Shown here piece by piece: positions 26,173 through 41,698 of a stretch of 64,000 bases of DNA (positions are counted from its first letter, which is position 1; each line of letters opens with the position of its first letter). A program made the position numbers and the translations under genes. Below the pieces are notes generated by a model, which ran no database searches, was not told the origin of the DNA, and saw only the letters and a list, made by a program, of their open reading frames with translations. The stretch is taken from contig OX597828.1 of the NCBI GenBank assembly GCA_951406725.2, positions 33,852,001 to 33,916,000 on the forward strand. The letters are read 5' to 3'. The stretch is from Octopus vulgaris. Its lineage: Eukaryota.

Positions 26173-27918
26173 ATTGTTTGTCCCCACCACCACTTGGCAA
26201 CTGGTACTGGTGTGCTCACATCCCCATAACTTAGTGGTTCAACAAAAGAGATTGGTGGAATAAATATCAGACTTCAAAAAGAAAAAGGAATTACTGGGGT
26301 CAATGCATTCAATTAAAATTCATCAAGGCAGTGCTCCAGCATGGCCACAGTCTAATGACTGAAATAAGTAAAAGACAAAAAAAACAAGAATAGCTTTCGA
26401 TGTTGGAAGGGGTTGGACATTTCAAAACGAGCTGAGGAGCAAGAGGACTGCATCAAGATCCAGTGTTTGTTAGGTGTGGTTTCTATGGCTGGATGCCCTT
26501 CCTAATGCCAACCACTTTACATAATGGATTGGATTACAGAGTATATTGGAGGCTTTTTACGTGGCACTGGTACCAGTAAGGTCAAAAATAGATACACAAT
26601 AACATAGACAGTACATAGCTTGCAACAGAAACAACAACACAATATTATAACATTATCTCTACCTTTTCTGGAATGCATTTTACACATGTCTTACACGCAG
26701 GCATTTCCTTGTGAAGCATGTACTTGACGACACTGTAGTGTCCATTTTCACAGGCATGGTACAAGGCTGACTTGGAATCAAAGTCCAAAGTGTCAGGATC
26801 AAAGGCGTGATGGAAATGTTGATTGCCATCAGTTGTGTGATTAATTTGCATCAGTGCTTGATCAGGGTATGGAAACTCCAGCAATAAGGAAACAATATCC
26901 AGTTTACCATTCATGGCAGCATAATGTATAGCCAGTCTTCCGTTGGGGCAACGCAACGCTGCGTTTTCTGGATATTTCTGGAAAGAGAAAAAAACAATGA
27001 TACACGAATGAGTTAACTGTTAAGATTTTCAATGTAAAATTATGTTAGGCATTATAAGCATCAATCATCATCATCACCATCGCCGTTTAACATCTGCATT
27101 CCATGTTGGCATGGGTTGGATGGTTTGACTGAGGTCTGGCAAGCCAGAGGGCAGCACCAGGCTCCAATCTGATCTGGCAAAGTTTCTACAGCAGGATGCC
27201 CTTCCTAACACCAACCACTCCAAGATTGGTTACTTTTTACGTGCCACCAGTACAGGAGCCAGTCAGGGGGCACTGGTCTCAACCACGTTCAGATGGTACT
27301 TTTTACGTGCCACCAGCATGGAAGCCAGTCAGGGGACAATGTTCAGACGGTGCATTTTACGTGTGTGTGTGTGTGAAGTGTGTGTGTGTGTGTGCCTTTA
27401 TGTCTGTGTTTGTCCTCCGCTACTGCTTGACAATCAGTGTTGGTGTGTTTACATCCACGTAACTTAGCATTTTGGCAAAAGAGACTGATAGAATAAGTAC
27501 TAGGCTTAAGAAAATAAATTAGTCCTAGGGGTTGATTTGCTCAACTAAAACCCTTCAAGGCAGAGCCCCAGCATGGTCGCAGTAAAATGACTGAAACGAG
27601 TAAAAGATAAAAGATAATCAAATACGATAACCCCATAATCGAAAAGTAATGTTTCAAGTCAGTTAAGGGGTTTGCTTGCTACCCCTGCACCCCTTGTTCT
27701 GAGCGTTTGACCACAAAGAGCAATTTATATAAATAAGCAATGGTTTATCTTACCTCAAGCAACAACAGGGTCACTTCCAAATGGCCTTCTTCACAGGACA
27801 CATGTAATGGAGATTTATCACCAAAGCTGACACTATCCACTTCCAGATTAATTGTAAGTAAAAGGCGAACCAGATCTTTCTCTCCTGATCTGCATACACT
27901 GGAAAAGAAAAGAAATAT

Positions 27919-27972
<54 letters not shown>

Positions 27973-28093
27973 GGGGGGGAGAGAGAGAAAGGGTGATATA
28001 CTGATAACTGAATGTCCTTAAATAATAACCTTTACACTTTGCATATTGATTCGATATTTCAACTTTACCAACTCTTCATACTTTGGTGGGGGT

Positions 28094-28139
<46 letters not shown>

Positions 28140-28215
28140 ACCAACCAGACCATCTGATGTTGTTACACATCGCTGGTCACAATGCTGATGAGAAAAGCAT
28201 GAAGGTGCATGTGCA

Positions 28216-28256
<41 letters not shown>

Positions 28257-28498
28257 TTTATTGTGTCTGGGGAGAGTCATTCTCTTTTAGTGCCTTCTTA
28301 CTTAACATACTCACTGCTTCAATTTCCACTCATTTACTTATCTATAAATAAGTAAATGAGTGGAAATCAAACCAGTGAGTGTGTTAAGTAATAAGGCACT
28401 AAAAGAGAATGACCCTCCCCAGACACAATAAAATATGCTTCAACACACGAATTCACATAAAGAATCTTGCAAACCAAATACAAAAACAAAATATATAC

Positions 28499-28556
<58 letters not shown>

Positions 28557-31500
28557 CAAAAACATTAAACTTCTGAGTGATTAACTAGCTCCCCAGTGTA
28601 GTCTTTTTCTACATGTAATCTGTTATTTTATCTAATTATGGAGACCTGTGAAAGGTCACTGAAGCTGCAACACACAAGTTCTCTTTGCGGTTTTCACTTT
28701 TGATATACAAAGATGCACATGGAGTTCTAAATATCAAAATGTCAGTTATATGTCATACTAATTAAATTGCATTATACAGTTATGCATATATAAACATATC
28801 CAAAACTGCATTGGGTTTAACATCAACACAAGGAAAGAGAAGACATGGAAGGTCACAGCCAACACAGGCAACACCTTTTGGAAGGGTCCAAAGGTTGTCA
28901 AGGGATACAGAGAAAACATAGAACACAAAACTTGTTGAGAACACTGGAGGATAACAGCCGCTCAATATGCAAACATGCACAGTACAGACTGCTTAATTAA
29001 TAAATATATATATATGGGTGCAGGAGTGGCTGTGTGGTAAGTAGCTTGCTTACCAACCACATGGTTCCGGGTTCAGTCCCACTGCGTGGCACCTTGGGCA
29101 AGTGTCTTCTACTATAGCCTTGGGCCAACCAAGGTCTTGTGAGTAGATTTGGTAGATGGAAACTGAAAGAAGCCCGTCGTATATACATATATATGTGTGT
29201 TTGTGTGCCTTTGTTTGATCCCCCAACATCGCTTGACAACCGATGTTGGTGTGTTTACGTCCCCGTAACTTAGCGGTTTGGCAGGAGAGACCGATAGAAT
29301 AAGTACAAGGCTTGCAAAGAACAAGTCCTGGGGTCGATTTGTTCGACTAAAGGCGGTGCTTCAGCATGGCCGCAGTCATATGACTGAAACAAGTAAAAAA
29401 GTAAAGAGAGTATATATATATTGTTGTTGGCATCCTTTTTGTATCGGGAGACAATGGAGTTGCACATAGAATAATCCAGTCCGGCTTTTACATTCCATGT
29501 CCTAATACATCTCCTGCTGTGGCTGTGTAGTCCTATCCTGGACAAACACTCCCTCAAGCAGGTGCCACAAATGTAGCGAAGACTTTGCCTGGCTGGTTGT
29601 AATGTCATAGTTTCTTGTTGACGTCTTCTCTTGTCTTTCCATTTCTCCTCTCTCTCTCTGTCACTCTTTTGTGTTCCCTCTTTTACGGTACATCGCCAAT
29701 CTCCACGGTTGCTGGCAACTGCTTCCCAGTTGCTAATATTGATGTTGCAGGCCTTCATGTCCCTTTTGCAAACATATATATATATATATATTTAACCGTT
29801 TGCATTACAATCATTTCAACCTCTGGTCATTTTGGGTACACTTGAAGTCAACCAGGGGTTAAAACAATATGCAAATGATTAATAAAAAATATGAGACTCT
29901 GCACTTGTATTTTGTGTAGAGTACAATGTAGGAAAGTAATAAACTTTGATTGAACAAATTCCAGCAAAACATTAAGATAAACACACACACACACAAACAC
30001 ACGTTTATGAGACCCTCCCAAAGTATGCACAAAAACAGTCAATACAAGTCACATGTGCTAAGGAAAGACAAATTCATGTCTTCAAAGACACAGGAAAACT
30101 ATTTGATTCATGCCAGTCGGTTGCTTACCAAAATCAAAAGCTCTCATGAACAAGGCATGTTTTAGTCCTTCCCTGATGAGAAAAGCTTCAACCAAGACCA
30201 AAAAGTCTAACAGGAGAAATAGCAAATGGTTACTGCAGATCGTTCTGATTTCCCGAGAAGTGATGCAAACATAGATCCCAGGAATTGTGACAGTTTGAGG
30301 AATGGTGAGTAACAAAGGTTATATCATTCTATCTCACATCTTTCCACGTGGTATTAGAATTAATGCTGATGGATACATCGAGGTGCTGGAGACAGTCATT
30401 AAACCCTACATGAATGAAGAATGCAATGGAAGGCTATACATTCTCAGCACATTCTCATAACAAGATTCAGAACATTCTCATAAAGCTCATGTAATCCAAG
30501 AATGGATGTCAGACAATTTTTATAATCAGGTAACACCAAAACTTGTGGCCTCCAAACTCATCAGTTTAAATCCCATAGACTACTATGCTTAGAGCATTCA
30601 TCATCATCATCATTATTGTTTAACGTCCGCTTTCCATGCTAGCATGGGTCGGACGGTTCAACTGGGGTCTGGGAAGCCAGAAGGCTGCACCAGGCCCAGT
30701 CTGATCTGGTAGTGTTTCTACGGCTGGATGCCATTCCTAACGCCAACCACTCCGTGAGTGTAGTGGGTGCTTTTTACATGCCACCGGCACAGGTGCCAGA
30801 CAAGGCTGGCAAACGGCCACGATCGGATGGTGCTTTTTACACGCCACCGGCACGGAACGTGGAAAACTAACTGACACCCTCCAAATACCATAGCTTCACC
30901 GAAGGTTGTCATTGTCCAGGTAGAGTCCAAAACAAACAAGGACTATTTAATGCAGACATATCACTGATTCACACCTTGTATTAAAGCAGTCATCAAAGTT
31001 CAAGGCAGATTCATTATTATAATATTATAAGAAAGATTGTCAAAACATGTGCACAAATTTTTGGTAAAATACATTTGGTAATTTGCTAGATTAGATTTGT
31101 TTTATTAAATTATCGAATATATTCTCAAATACCTCCCACACTGTATTTTAATATTAACATTAGACCAGATATCACAGATGCAAGGAATAAATCAAAGAAA
31201 ATTAATTCATGATTCCAATGTGGGTCATTCGGGCCTTATCATTGTTCTATATTCTATAGTGCTTGCATACTAACAAAGCAATACTTACCACAAAAGAGTC
31301 TTGTTGTATTTCATGGCGCTAATGATAGATTCTGCACGATCACCGATTTTCTCCCGTAACTCCATAGCTATCATCATATCTCCTTGTTCACAAGCTAATA
31401 AAAACTCTGTAAAAAAAAATTATAAAAAGTATTCAAGAATTTTGTGGAAATAAGATTCCAAGTTGAGAAGTTTTTAACCCATCATTAAAACATAAATACA

Positions 31501-34500
31501 TGAATTCATAATTTTATTCATTTCCTCTTCGGTTTCTCACCAGGTAAAGCATGTTGTTGATGCTGTTGCATAATGCAACACCAGGTGAACCCTGACAGAA
31601 CCAACCCATGATCAAAAGCCTTTTGGCCATAACCATTTTGTCTCTGTTTTTGCACAGAATGTACCTAGGAATACAATATCCAAAGTGTCCTTCTCATTTA
31701 TAAGTGAAGAGGCTGTGATGTGAAAGAAATTTGGTTGCTATTTCTAGCAAGCCAGAAAAAAAACACATAGAGGAGGCATCGTGTGGCCGTTCTAATTTAA
31801 AGTGGTAAAAATGATTGAATAGATCAATATAGGTGCATGCATGACTGCATGGGTAAGAAGCTTACTCTGCAGCCACAAGGTTTCCAGTTCAGTCCCACTG
31901 CGTGGCATCTTGAGCAAGCATCTTCTGCTATAGCACCAGGCAGAGCAGTGTCTTGTGAGTGAATCTGGTAGATAGAAACTGAGTGGAAGCCTATCATGTG
32001 TGTGTGTGTGTGTTTGTCTGTTTGTTCCCCACTGCCACTTGACAACCGGTGTTGGTTTGTTAATTTCCCTGTAACTTGGTGGTTCAGCATAAGAGACTAG
32101 GGTCAATTTGTTTGACTAAATCCTTCAAGGCCATAATCCAACAGGGCCGCAGTCCAATGATTGAAACAAGTAAAAGAGAAAAGACTGGACTGCTGCTGCC
32201 ACTTCTACTACTACTACTACCACCACCACCATTGTAGCTTGGGGTAGAGCATATCGGGTATTTTTTTTTTGAGGATATGAGACATCTTGGCATTGCTTAT
32301 TTAGTGCCACTCATTCAACATAACTTATTTGACATCAGATGCTTTAATGTCTCAACTCATTCTTCCTCTCCTCTTCCCCCTCTAACTCTTTACTTGTCTC
32401 TCTTTCACTGGTGCACATGTGTGAGTGTGTTTGCCACCAGTGCTAAAAAGTACTGTCGCCAAAAAATGTTCAATATCCAGTCGGCTGTGACAAACCATTG
32501 GCATCTACATAACCATACTTAATCTTCTGAGTCCAACTTTTAGTTTGGTGCTAGGAAAGGTACCAGCTGTAGAAACCATGCTAAAACTATGACATGGTAC
32601 TCCAGCTTGTCAGATCCTGTGAAACAACCCAGCCAATAACAGCAAGGAAAAAAAAAATTTGATGGTGATGATGATGGTGCTACTGCTACTGCTACTGGTG
32701 TTGGTGATGATGATGATCCAAGGGCAGGCCGTGAATAGGTATAAAAAAAAACAAAAAAAAAATGTTTCATGTTTGCATTCGACAGGTAAATATGTAATAT
32801 AACCCTTTAGTGTTCAGATTATTCTATCAAACATAATGCTTATTGATTCCCATTGATTCGAATTAATCATGCATTATCTCATATCTTCAAGATCTTGATG
32901 GTGTAATTACTTAATGTAGAATAACATTGTAGTGTAGGTGTGAGAGCCTGGATCTGGTTAGTTTGAATATAAAACAGATTAAATATTTTGGCCGGATATG
33001 GCCGGTTTAAATACTAAAGGGTTAAGAATTATAGGTAAACTTACATTAAATATTCCAGATGATGGCCATAGCAACATTTAAACATGTGAACGTTCTGGTT
33101 ACTGATGCAAAGAGAGAAAAAAAACAAGAAACTTAAAAAAACCAACTCACCATCAGCTATTTTAACCCATTTTGCAGTTCTTTTCGCTAAAAGAAAGAAA
33201 AAAAAAGAGAAGAAAGGCGAGTTACGATTAATAATGAAGAAAAATGTACACACACATATCTATAAACAAATATTGATTTATGACAGGAACTTGTGCAAAA
33301 AAATCATTGTGCAGATAATAACCTGACTTTCCATGGCCCAAGCTACGTATCAATAAATGATTAGCACTTTAGCACTATGGACTAATCATTTATTTATTGA
33401 TCCAGAAAATCTGGTACCTGGTTTCTCAGAGCTCAGTGACCTGACGTATTTAGAAAGACAACAGCACAAGCATTTTGGTACCTGAATAATGGAAGAATTG
33501 TAGTCACAAAGAGTCACAACAACGGCAGAGTTACATCAAATAGAGAGTCACAACAACTGCAGATCTACAATGGTGATACAATCACAATCTTGTTGTAACA
33601 ACAGCTGTAAAGTCTTAATTCTGGAAGAGTCACAACTATTGTGGAGTCACAACAATGGCAGCAGCATATTGATAACAGAGTCACAACAGTAGTGAAATTC
33701 CAATGATGCTGTCATGACGACTGTAGAGTCACAATAACAGTGGAGTCTTAAACTCATACTGACTGTTATTAATCCACAATGCTGAAAAGAACTCGCCCAC
33801 CACAACAGAATTAATAGTCTAAAATAAACAGGCCATGCAAAAAGCATCTGGTACTCGTGTCACATAGAAAAGCACTGGTGATAGTACCATGTAAGAAGCA
33901 ACCAGTACACTCTGTAAAGTGGTTGGCATCAAGAACGGCATCCAGACTATGGACCCTGGTGCAGGCCCTGGTCTTGCCAGCTCCTGTCAAGCTGTCCAAC
34001 CCACCCATGCCAGCATGGAAAACAAACATTAAATGGTGATGGTGATGATGATGATGATGATGATGGTGATGATGAATTGTTGCAGATTCAAAAGGCTAGC
34101 AGAATCACAACACGAGTAGAATGACAATGATGCAGGCACAACAACTAATACAAAACTACATTGTGATCACAACAATTGCAGAATCCCAGCAGCTTATTAC
34201 ATCATTTCTATTATGTCCTTATTTACTTAACAGAGTAGACATAATGAAGCATAAGGGGACAGTTCTTATCCCCTTCAGTTTGCTTAACTGACAATAGGTT
34301 CCATAAGTAATTCAAGAAAAAGCAGAAGCTATGGCATCCAGGGCACCAGATGTTGCCTGGTCCCTGTTGCAAGGTGGTGATTTGTGGTCCCTCAACACTC
34401 CTAAGAGCTATGCCAGCAAAGTGCAAGCTCCTGGTGTGGTATCCCATACTGGACACACCAGAGAACAGAGGACAAACTAATATGAAACACCACTTCCCAG

Positions 34501-37500
34501 AGTTTGTGTAGGGCCAAGACCCCTACCCCGAAAAAGCAAAGTTGCAGAAGCAACAATAATAATCAGAAACCAGCAAGACTTGAGAAAGGATATCCCAGAG
34601 TAGGGAACAGTGGAGAAAGGTCATTGGCGGCCTATGGTTCAAGGGGGCAAAAAAACTTAAGAATTTAAGTAATGGCATCCAACAGTAAACACTAGTAAGC
34701 TTTACAGCAATGGGTTGCATTTGCAACACATCTCCAGGACAAGAAACATCAGAGCCACAGGAAGGGCACTGGACTCATCACTAGCCTCCATTTACACACT
34801 TGCCAATTTGGCAATGAAGATGCTGGTTACAGAAGAGAATTATCTCTTGCAGCCTGTGTAACCAACTTCCAGCTAGAAGAGCCAACAGGTTCCTATATGG
34901 TCACTAGAAATAGCAGTCAAATTGCCTTTCAATTACATTCTGTCATCATAAATAAACAAACAAATGACCCCCAAAATCACATTCTACTGACTTCAAAATG
35001 AGGAGAAAGATATACTTTTCTACTCTAGGCACAAGGCCCGAAATTTTGTGAGGAGAGAACCAATTCATTAGATCAACCCCAGTACGCAACTGGTACTTAA
35101 TTTATCGACCCCGAAAGGATTAACGGTAAAGTTGACCTTGGTGGAATTTGAACTCTGAACGTAAAGACAGATGAAATACCAGTAAGCATTTCGTCCGGTG
35201 AGCTAACACTTCTGCCAACTTGCTGCCTTATGAGGAGAAAGATATAACTAGAAAAGAAGGGCTAGATGGCCACAATTGGAATGCCCTGCTTAACCAGGGT
35301 CCAACAAAGAGCTAAACAGCAACAGCTATTACTACTACTACTACTAGTAGCAGCAGCAGTAGTAGTTGTAGCAGTAGTAGCAGGGCTGCCAATGGCTCAA
35401 CACATGCAATATCATATTGACATAACTATCTCCAGTTCAGTAATTCAATTTAATAAACAGAGTTATTCATTTGTTATCCTAACAACTTTTTTCCCAATCC
35501 TTTCACTTCAAAATGTCAATTGGCTTCCAGCTCATGTTTCAGTTTTTTTTTTTTTTCTCATCCCCACAGACATTGCTTTGTAAATATGTTCAAACTGAAT
35601 TTAAACCTTATCAATTTCTGCAGTCTTAGAAACACTTGCAAAGTTCTTCGTACTATTACTTCTTCCTGATTATGCCATTAAAAAATAATTTAATTCATTA
35701 ACCCATTAACTGCCAAATTCTTTTATTCATATTTTTTGACTTTGCCAGGTGTCTTAGAAGTTAAAATAATATATAGTATTTAAATTTTCTTCATATGTGG
35801 ATCATTTGGGAAATTAAGATAAATTTTTCAAAAGTCCCAAATTGGGATAGCTGAAGAAAAGCATCCTTATCCTTTTCTATTCAATTGCAATAATAAACAT
35901 TTTAGTTTTTTTGAAACTATAGTATCAAATGCAAATGTGTATGAAATATATATGAATGATATAATAGATGGGAAATGCAAAAAAAAAAAAAAAAAACGTT
36001 TTCAAAACAGTCAATTTTTCTGTAGTTCAAAAATTGCGATTTATGACATAAAATGTCCTCTAGAATCAGCCGGAGCTCATAACGACAAACTTTAACTCCT
36101 AAATATTGTTAAACACACCTCTGCAAATGCAATGTTCTTAAGCAATTCATTTTAAATATTACAAACAACTGGTAGTGAGACTGTTTTTAGCAGATCCCCA
36201 AATGGGGCTCATGGCAGGCAATGGGTTAAAAGGTAATGATGTTAATTAAATAACCACAAGGGATTTACCTTTCTCTCTTAATAAACAGCTGTAGATCTCC
36301 ACATCCCCTCGCAGTTCAGCAATTTTCACTGGGGTCAAGTTGAATACATTTAAGGCATTGAGGTCAGCGCCAGCATCAAGAAGGGTGACAACAATGTCCT
36401 TGAAGCCTTTCTCCACAGCAACATGGAGTGGTGTCTGCAACAGAAGAAATACATGTTTAACCCTTTAGCATTTAATCTGGCCATATCCTGCCCAAATATT
36501 CTGTCTGTTTTAAGTTTAAACTGACCAGATCCAATTTCTTACCCATACACTACAATATCCTTTTTCTACTCTAGGCACAAAGCCTGACATTTTAGGGGAG
36601 GATTCCAGTCAATTAGATCAACCCCAGTACGCAACTGGTACTTAATTTATCGACCTAGTAAAGATGAAAGGCAAAGTCGACCTCGGCGGAATTTGAACTC
36701 AGAACGTAAAGCCAGACAAAATATTGCTAAGCATTTTGCCCAGCATGCTAACATTTCTGCCAGCTCGCTGCCTTCCATACACTACAATATCATTCTAAAA
36801 AAATATACAAATACATCACTGAAATGTTTTTGTGGAAATTGGAGGTATAAGAATAATGTTGTTTTCATGTGTTTCTAGAATTGGGGTTTATTCGGTTACA
36901 GGGGCTGGTTAATTGTCTAACGCTAAATATGCTTTATTAGGCTCTGTTCGTTTGGTTACTCAAAGTATTTCTTATGAAGCTACAAGATAATAATTCAAAA
37001 CATTGTGAATAGATATGCATTACATTTGACAGAGTAATCTGAGTGCTAAGGGTTAAAGAGTATATTTCATACAACTCCAAACATATAAACATACACACAG
37101 ACACATACATACACGCATGCAGGAAAAACAATTGAAGGAGCTTTCATGTGGTTGCTCAATGAGAAAACAATGTCAGCCTGATGTTGAAAGACCTGAAACC
37201 CCAACCCCAACTCCCCAGAAACACCACTGATGATACTTCAAGAGCATCTGTGAGATTTATCTTGGAAGTAGTGAGCAAGTATCTTCTATTATGGCCCTCA
37301 TCTGACCAGTGCTTTCTGAGTGAATATGGGAGGCAAAAAACTGTGTGGAAGCCTACTTCAACATCTGGCATAAAACCACTTCCCCCAAAACTATTTCCCC
37401 ACTCAATTGAGGGGGTCTTGTCTTATGGGTTACTTGGTGACCTCACCAATGCCAAAGCCACATAAAAAACACCCAGCACACCGTGAAGTGGTTGGAAAGG

Positions 37501-38508
37501 AATCTAGCTACAGAAACCAAACCAAAGCTGACACTGGAATTTGATGCAGTTCTTTGGTTCACCAGCTCGTGTTGAACCATCCAACCGATGCCAATATGGA
37601 AAATGGACATTCAGTGGTAGTTACAATGATGCTGATCAAACAGTCATACAATATGGAAGACAAAGAATTCACAGATATAGATATTTGAAAACTTTTAAGA
37701 GTAGATATCAGAGAACCAAATAATTCTCAGTGACAAACACAGGTTTTGTTTGCTTTGCTAATTCTTGTTTAAAAAAAGAAAAGATTTATTTTTCAAACTA
37801 TCAACTGTTTTAACCCTTTAGCACTCAGATTATTCTATCAAACATAACACTTATTTATTCTTTTCGTTTTGAATTAATTATGCATTATCTTGTAGCTTTG
37901 AGATTTCAATGATAATGATGATGATGATTATCATTATCTAATGTCCGTTGTCCATGCTGGCATGTGTTGGACATTTCGGCTGATATACCCTCCAGCCTTC
38001 ATCAGATGTCTTGCGGAAATTTTGAACCTGGGTTCTCATCCCTAAGGTATTTTTTGATGTTATTATTATTATTATTGTTATTTTTTTTTTCTTTCTTTCT
38101 TCAAATTTTCTTCTGTTTCTCGCTGAGTGTTTTCCGTACACCTAGGGCAGAGAAGCTCATTGTATGCATTCCCAGATTACATGCGCAAATTCACAGGTAA
38201 AATATGTATTTAAAAATTAATAAATAAATAAATTCATGAATGGATGTTGTTTTCACAGCGATAATGCTCTTCTCAGTATAAGAGCCGTTCCAGTTAATAA
38301 GATTTTTGGCACTTCCTGTAGGGATGGTAAGCCTGGTATCATTTTCAAATAGGTTTCAGTACCTTTTTTTATCATTCCTAGAGATCCTACAATCACTGGT
38401 ACTGTAGTCCCCTTGAGATGCCACATTTTTCAATTTTTTCAATTTCTATTATTATCATTATTATTGTTATTATTATTATTATTGTTATTATTATTATTAT
38501 TGTTATTA

Positions 38509-38539
<31 letters not shown>

Positions 38540-39461
38540 TATTATCATTATCATTATTATTATTATTACTATTATCATTATTATTACGATTATCATTATC
38601 ATTATTATTATTAACATTATTATTATTATTACTTAGGTCACTGCCTGGAATTGAACTTGGAATCTTGGGGTTAGTAGCCTGCACTCTTAACCACTACGCC
38701 AAATGAGGACAAATATCCATCAAATGTAAATAATGTAAATATTGTAATATTTATTACAATATAGATTAATTCAAAACAGTGTGAACAAATAAGCATTACA
38801 CGTGACAGAACAATCCAAATGCTAAAGGGTTAAACCATAGAACCTGGGGTGGTTTCAGGCAGTTTGGTATCAAAAGGGTTAACATCCACTTTTTCATGCT
38901 TGCATGGGTTAAACAAGGTTCAGTGAGACAGATCTTTTATGGCCAGATGCCACTCTAGCTGCCAACCCTCAACCGTTTGCAAGCAATATGGCCTTACATA
39001 TTTCCACAGAAGACTGGAAATGAAGGATATCACTTGAAATCAAAACAAAGAAACACACACACACATACACACTGGCTTCTTCCAATTTCTGTCTACAAAT
39101 CCACTCACAAGGCTTTTGATCAGCCTAGGGCTATAGCAGAAGACACTTGTCGAAGGTGCCACACAATGGGTCTAAACACAAACCACACAGCCGTGCCAGC
39201 ACCAATATACCATAATCTACAAATTCCCTTGCTTTCCATTTTTCTAACCAGACTTTGACCCAATTATTTCTTTTGTTACAAAGAACCTAACTCATCTCTC
39301 GTCTATTTTAAGAATACCATTATTTATTCATTTAGCTATTAGACACCACCTTCATGTCTACAAATTTGGAACAATTCCCAAATAGCCAGAGTGTTTTTAA
39401 ATCTGTATGAACCCAACTGAAATGTTTGATATCATAAATTGTTTGGAGTAGAATAATATAC

Positions 39462-39498
<37 letters not shown>

Positions 39499-41654
39499 GT
39501 TTAACATCCGCTTTCCATGCTGGCATGGGTTGGACGACTTGACTGAGGACTGGTGAGCCGGAGGCTGCACCAGGCTCTAATCTGATCTGGCAAAGTTTCT
39601 ACAGCTGGATGCACTTCCTAATGCCAACCACTCCGAGAGTGTAGTGGGTTCTTTTACATGCCAACGGATATTAAATGATGATGATGACAACGATGATGAT
39701 GATATATTTAAACATTTGGGAAAAATGATAAGAGTTATTTAACTAAAAACAATGATGTTCCTTACATCTCCTTCTGCAACAATGCCAGCTGATTACATAC
39801 GTGTGTCTTGCTGTGGCTACTCCTAAAAAATGGGGAATAGGCCCGAATATATATATATATATATATTCAGGCCTATTCCCTATTTTTTAGGAGTAGCAAC
39901 AGCAAGACACATGCCAAGCAGTCCATTCATTTTGCAGCTCAAAGGGGCAAACCCCGTTCTATGCTCAGATCAAGGTATAGAACACAACCCCCAATATCAG
40001 CAGCGGGGCCCGACAGTATCTGCTGGTTTACCCTTGCCACATCATGCTGGTTCTGTACCTGTTTGAGCAACATCGAAATTTACTCATCCATCCACAAACA
40101 CTCTCCAAGTTTTCCTATCATTTATAAACTCTCTCACCTCACTCACTCCAACGCCTCTAACCATCAAAGCTTTCCTCACTCCATCCAAACCGAGGTCTGC
40201 CTCTGGTTCTGCTGCCTACCACTTCTGCCCTCATCAACCTCCTCACCATCCGCTCCTCATCCATTCTCTACATGTGACCAAACCACCTCGACATTCGACT
40301 ATTCAATTTGGTTGTTAGTTTTCCTTTCATTCCTGCTCGCCTTTGCACCTCCTCTTTCCTCATCCTGTCCATCCATGTCACACCAACCATAGCCCTCAAA
40401 CATCTCATCTCAAACACATCTAGTCGCCTCCTTTCCACCTCTCTCAGCCCCCACGTCTCTGCACCATATAACATTGTCGGCAGAATCACGCCCTCCTACA
40501 CACTACTTTTCGCTTTCATACTCAATCTTTTATCTCTCAGCATACCTTTCACAACTCCAAGTATCTTACTCCCCTCTCTCACTCTGTATCCCACTTCCTC
40601 TACCACCCATCCCCCATCCACCATCACATGTGATCCCAGATACTTAAAAACACTCACCACCTCTAAAATCTCACCATTTATACTCACATCCATCCTACCA
40701 GCCATTCCATCTCTTGAACATCTCATCACCTTACTCTTAGCTACATTCACTTCCAGTTTCCTCCTCTCACACACTCTTCCAAGTGCTACAACCAGTCTCC
40801 TCAGTTGCTCTTCCGAATCAACTACCAGTACTGTATCATCAACAAACAACTGACTCACCTGCCATTCCTCTCCATTTTCTCCCACCATTTGGACTCCCCT
40901 ACAAAAGGTTCTAGCATTGACCTCTCTCACCACACCATCCATATATAAATTAAACACATGAAGGTATTCCATCGGTTACAACAAGTGTTCCTGTTGATCC
41001 GGTCAATGGAACAGCCTGCTCGTGAAATTAACGTGCAAATGGCCGAGCACTCCACAGACACGTGTACCCTTAACGTAGTTCTCGGGGAGATTCAGCATGA
41101 CACAGAGTGTGACAAGGCTGGCCCTTTGAAATACAGGTGGAACAGGAAGAAAGAGTGAGAGAAAGTTGTGGTGAAAGAGTACAGCAGGGTTCACCACCAC
41201 CCCTTGCCAGAGCCTCGTAGAGCTTTAGGGGTTTTCACTCAATAAACACTCACAACACCCGGTCTGGGAATTGAAACAGCAATTCTAAGACAGTGAGTCT
41301 GCTACCCTAACCACTGGGCCATTGCGCCTCTAATTAAACATATATATTAAACTTATATATATACATGTATATATATTTCTTTTCCTCAACAGGCCCTGCC
41401 CTGTTTAACATTGTCCCAAAACTGATTAAAGAGGAAAAGGATCCCATCATCTTTAAATGGAGTCTGGACAAATTTCTTCAAGGAATACCAGATAAGCCAC
41501 CCATACCTGGATACAACTCACTCAACAAGAACTCACTACTGAATGGACCATGATACCACAAAACTTGACTTAAACAGGATTTAGATAATCCTATCAGGTG
41601 GTGCTATTAAGTTAGACATGGCCTGGACCAATCTTTGGTTGAAACAGATCTAAG

Positions 41655-41698
<44 letters not shown>

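Larger units (their letters stand above)
37971..38740 (-). mobile_element. Family F copy (hammerhead core 37971-38010, head 38635-38701) with R4-like insert in the AAT spacer
   Basis: Reverse complement reads gacat CTGATGAA GGCTG gagggtatat CAGCC GAAA; same tRNA-like head; inverted tail at 38703-38740. Confidence 0.78.

Noticed and set aside
39766-39788. Candidate 23-nt exon (AG...GTAAG, minus strand)
   Set aside because: No pyrimidine tract, and it would break the frame already closed by exons 2 and 3.
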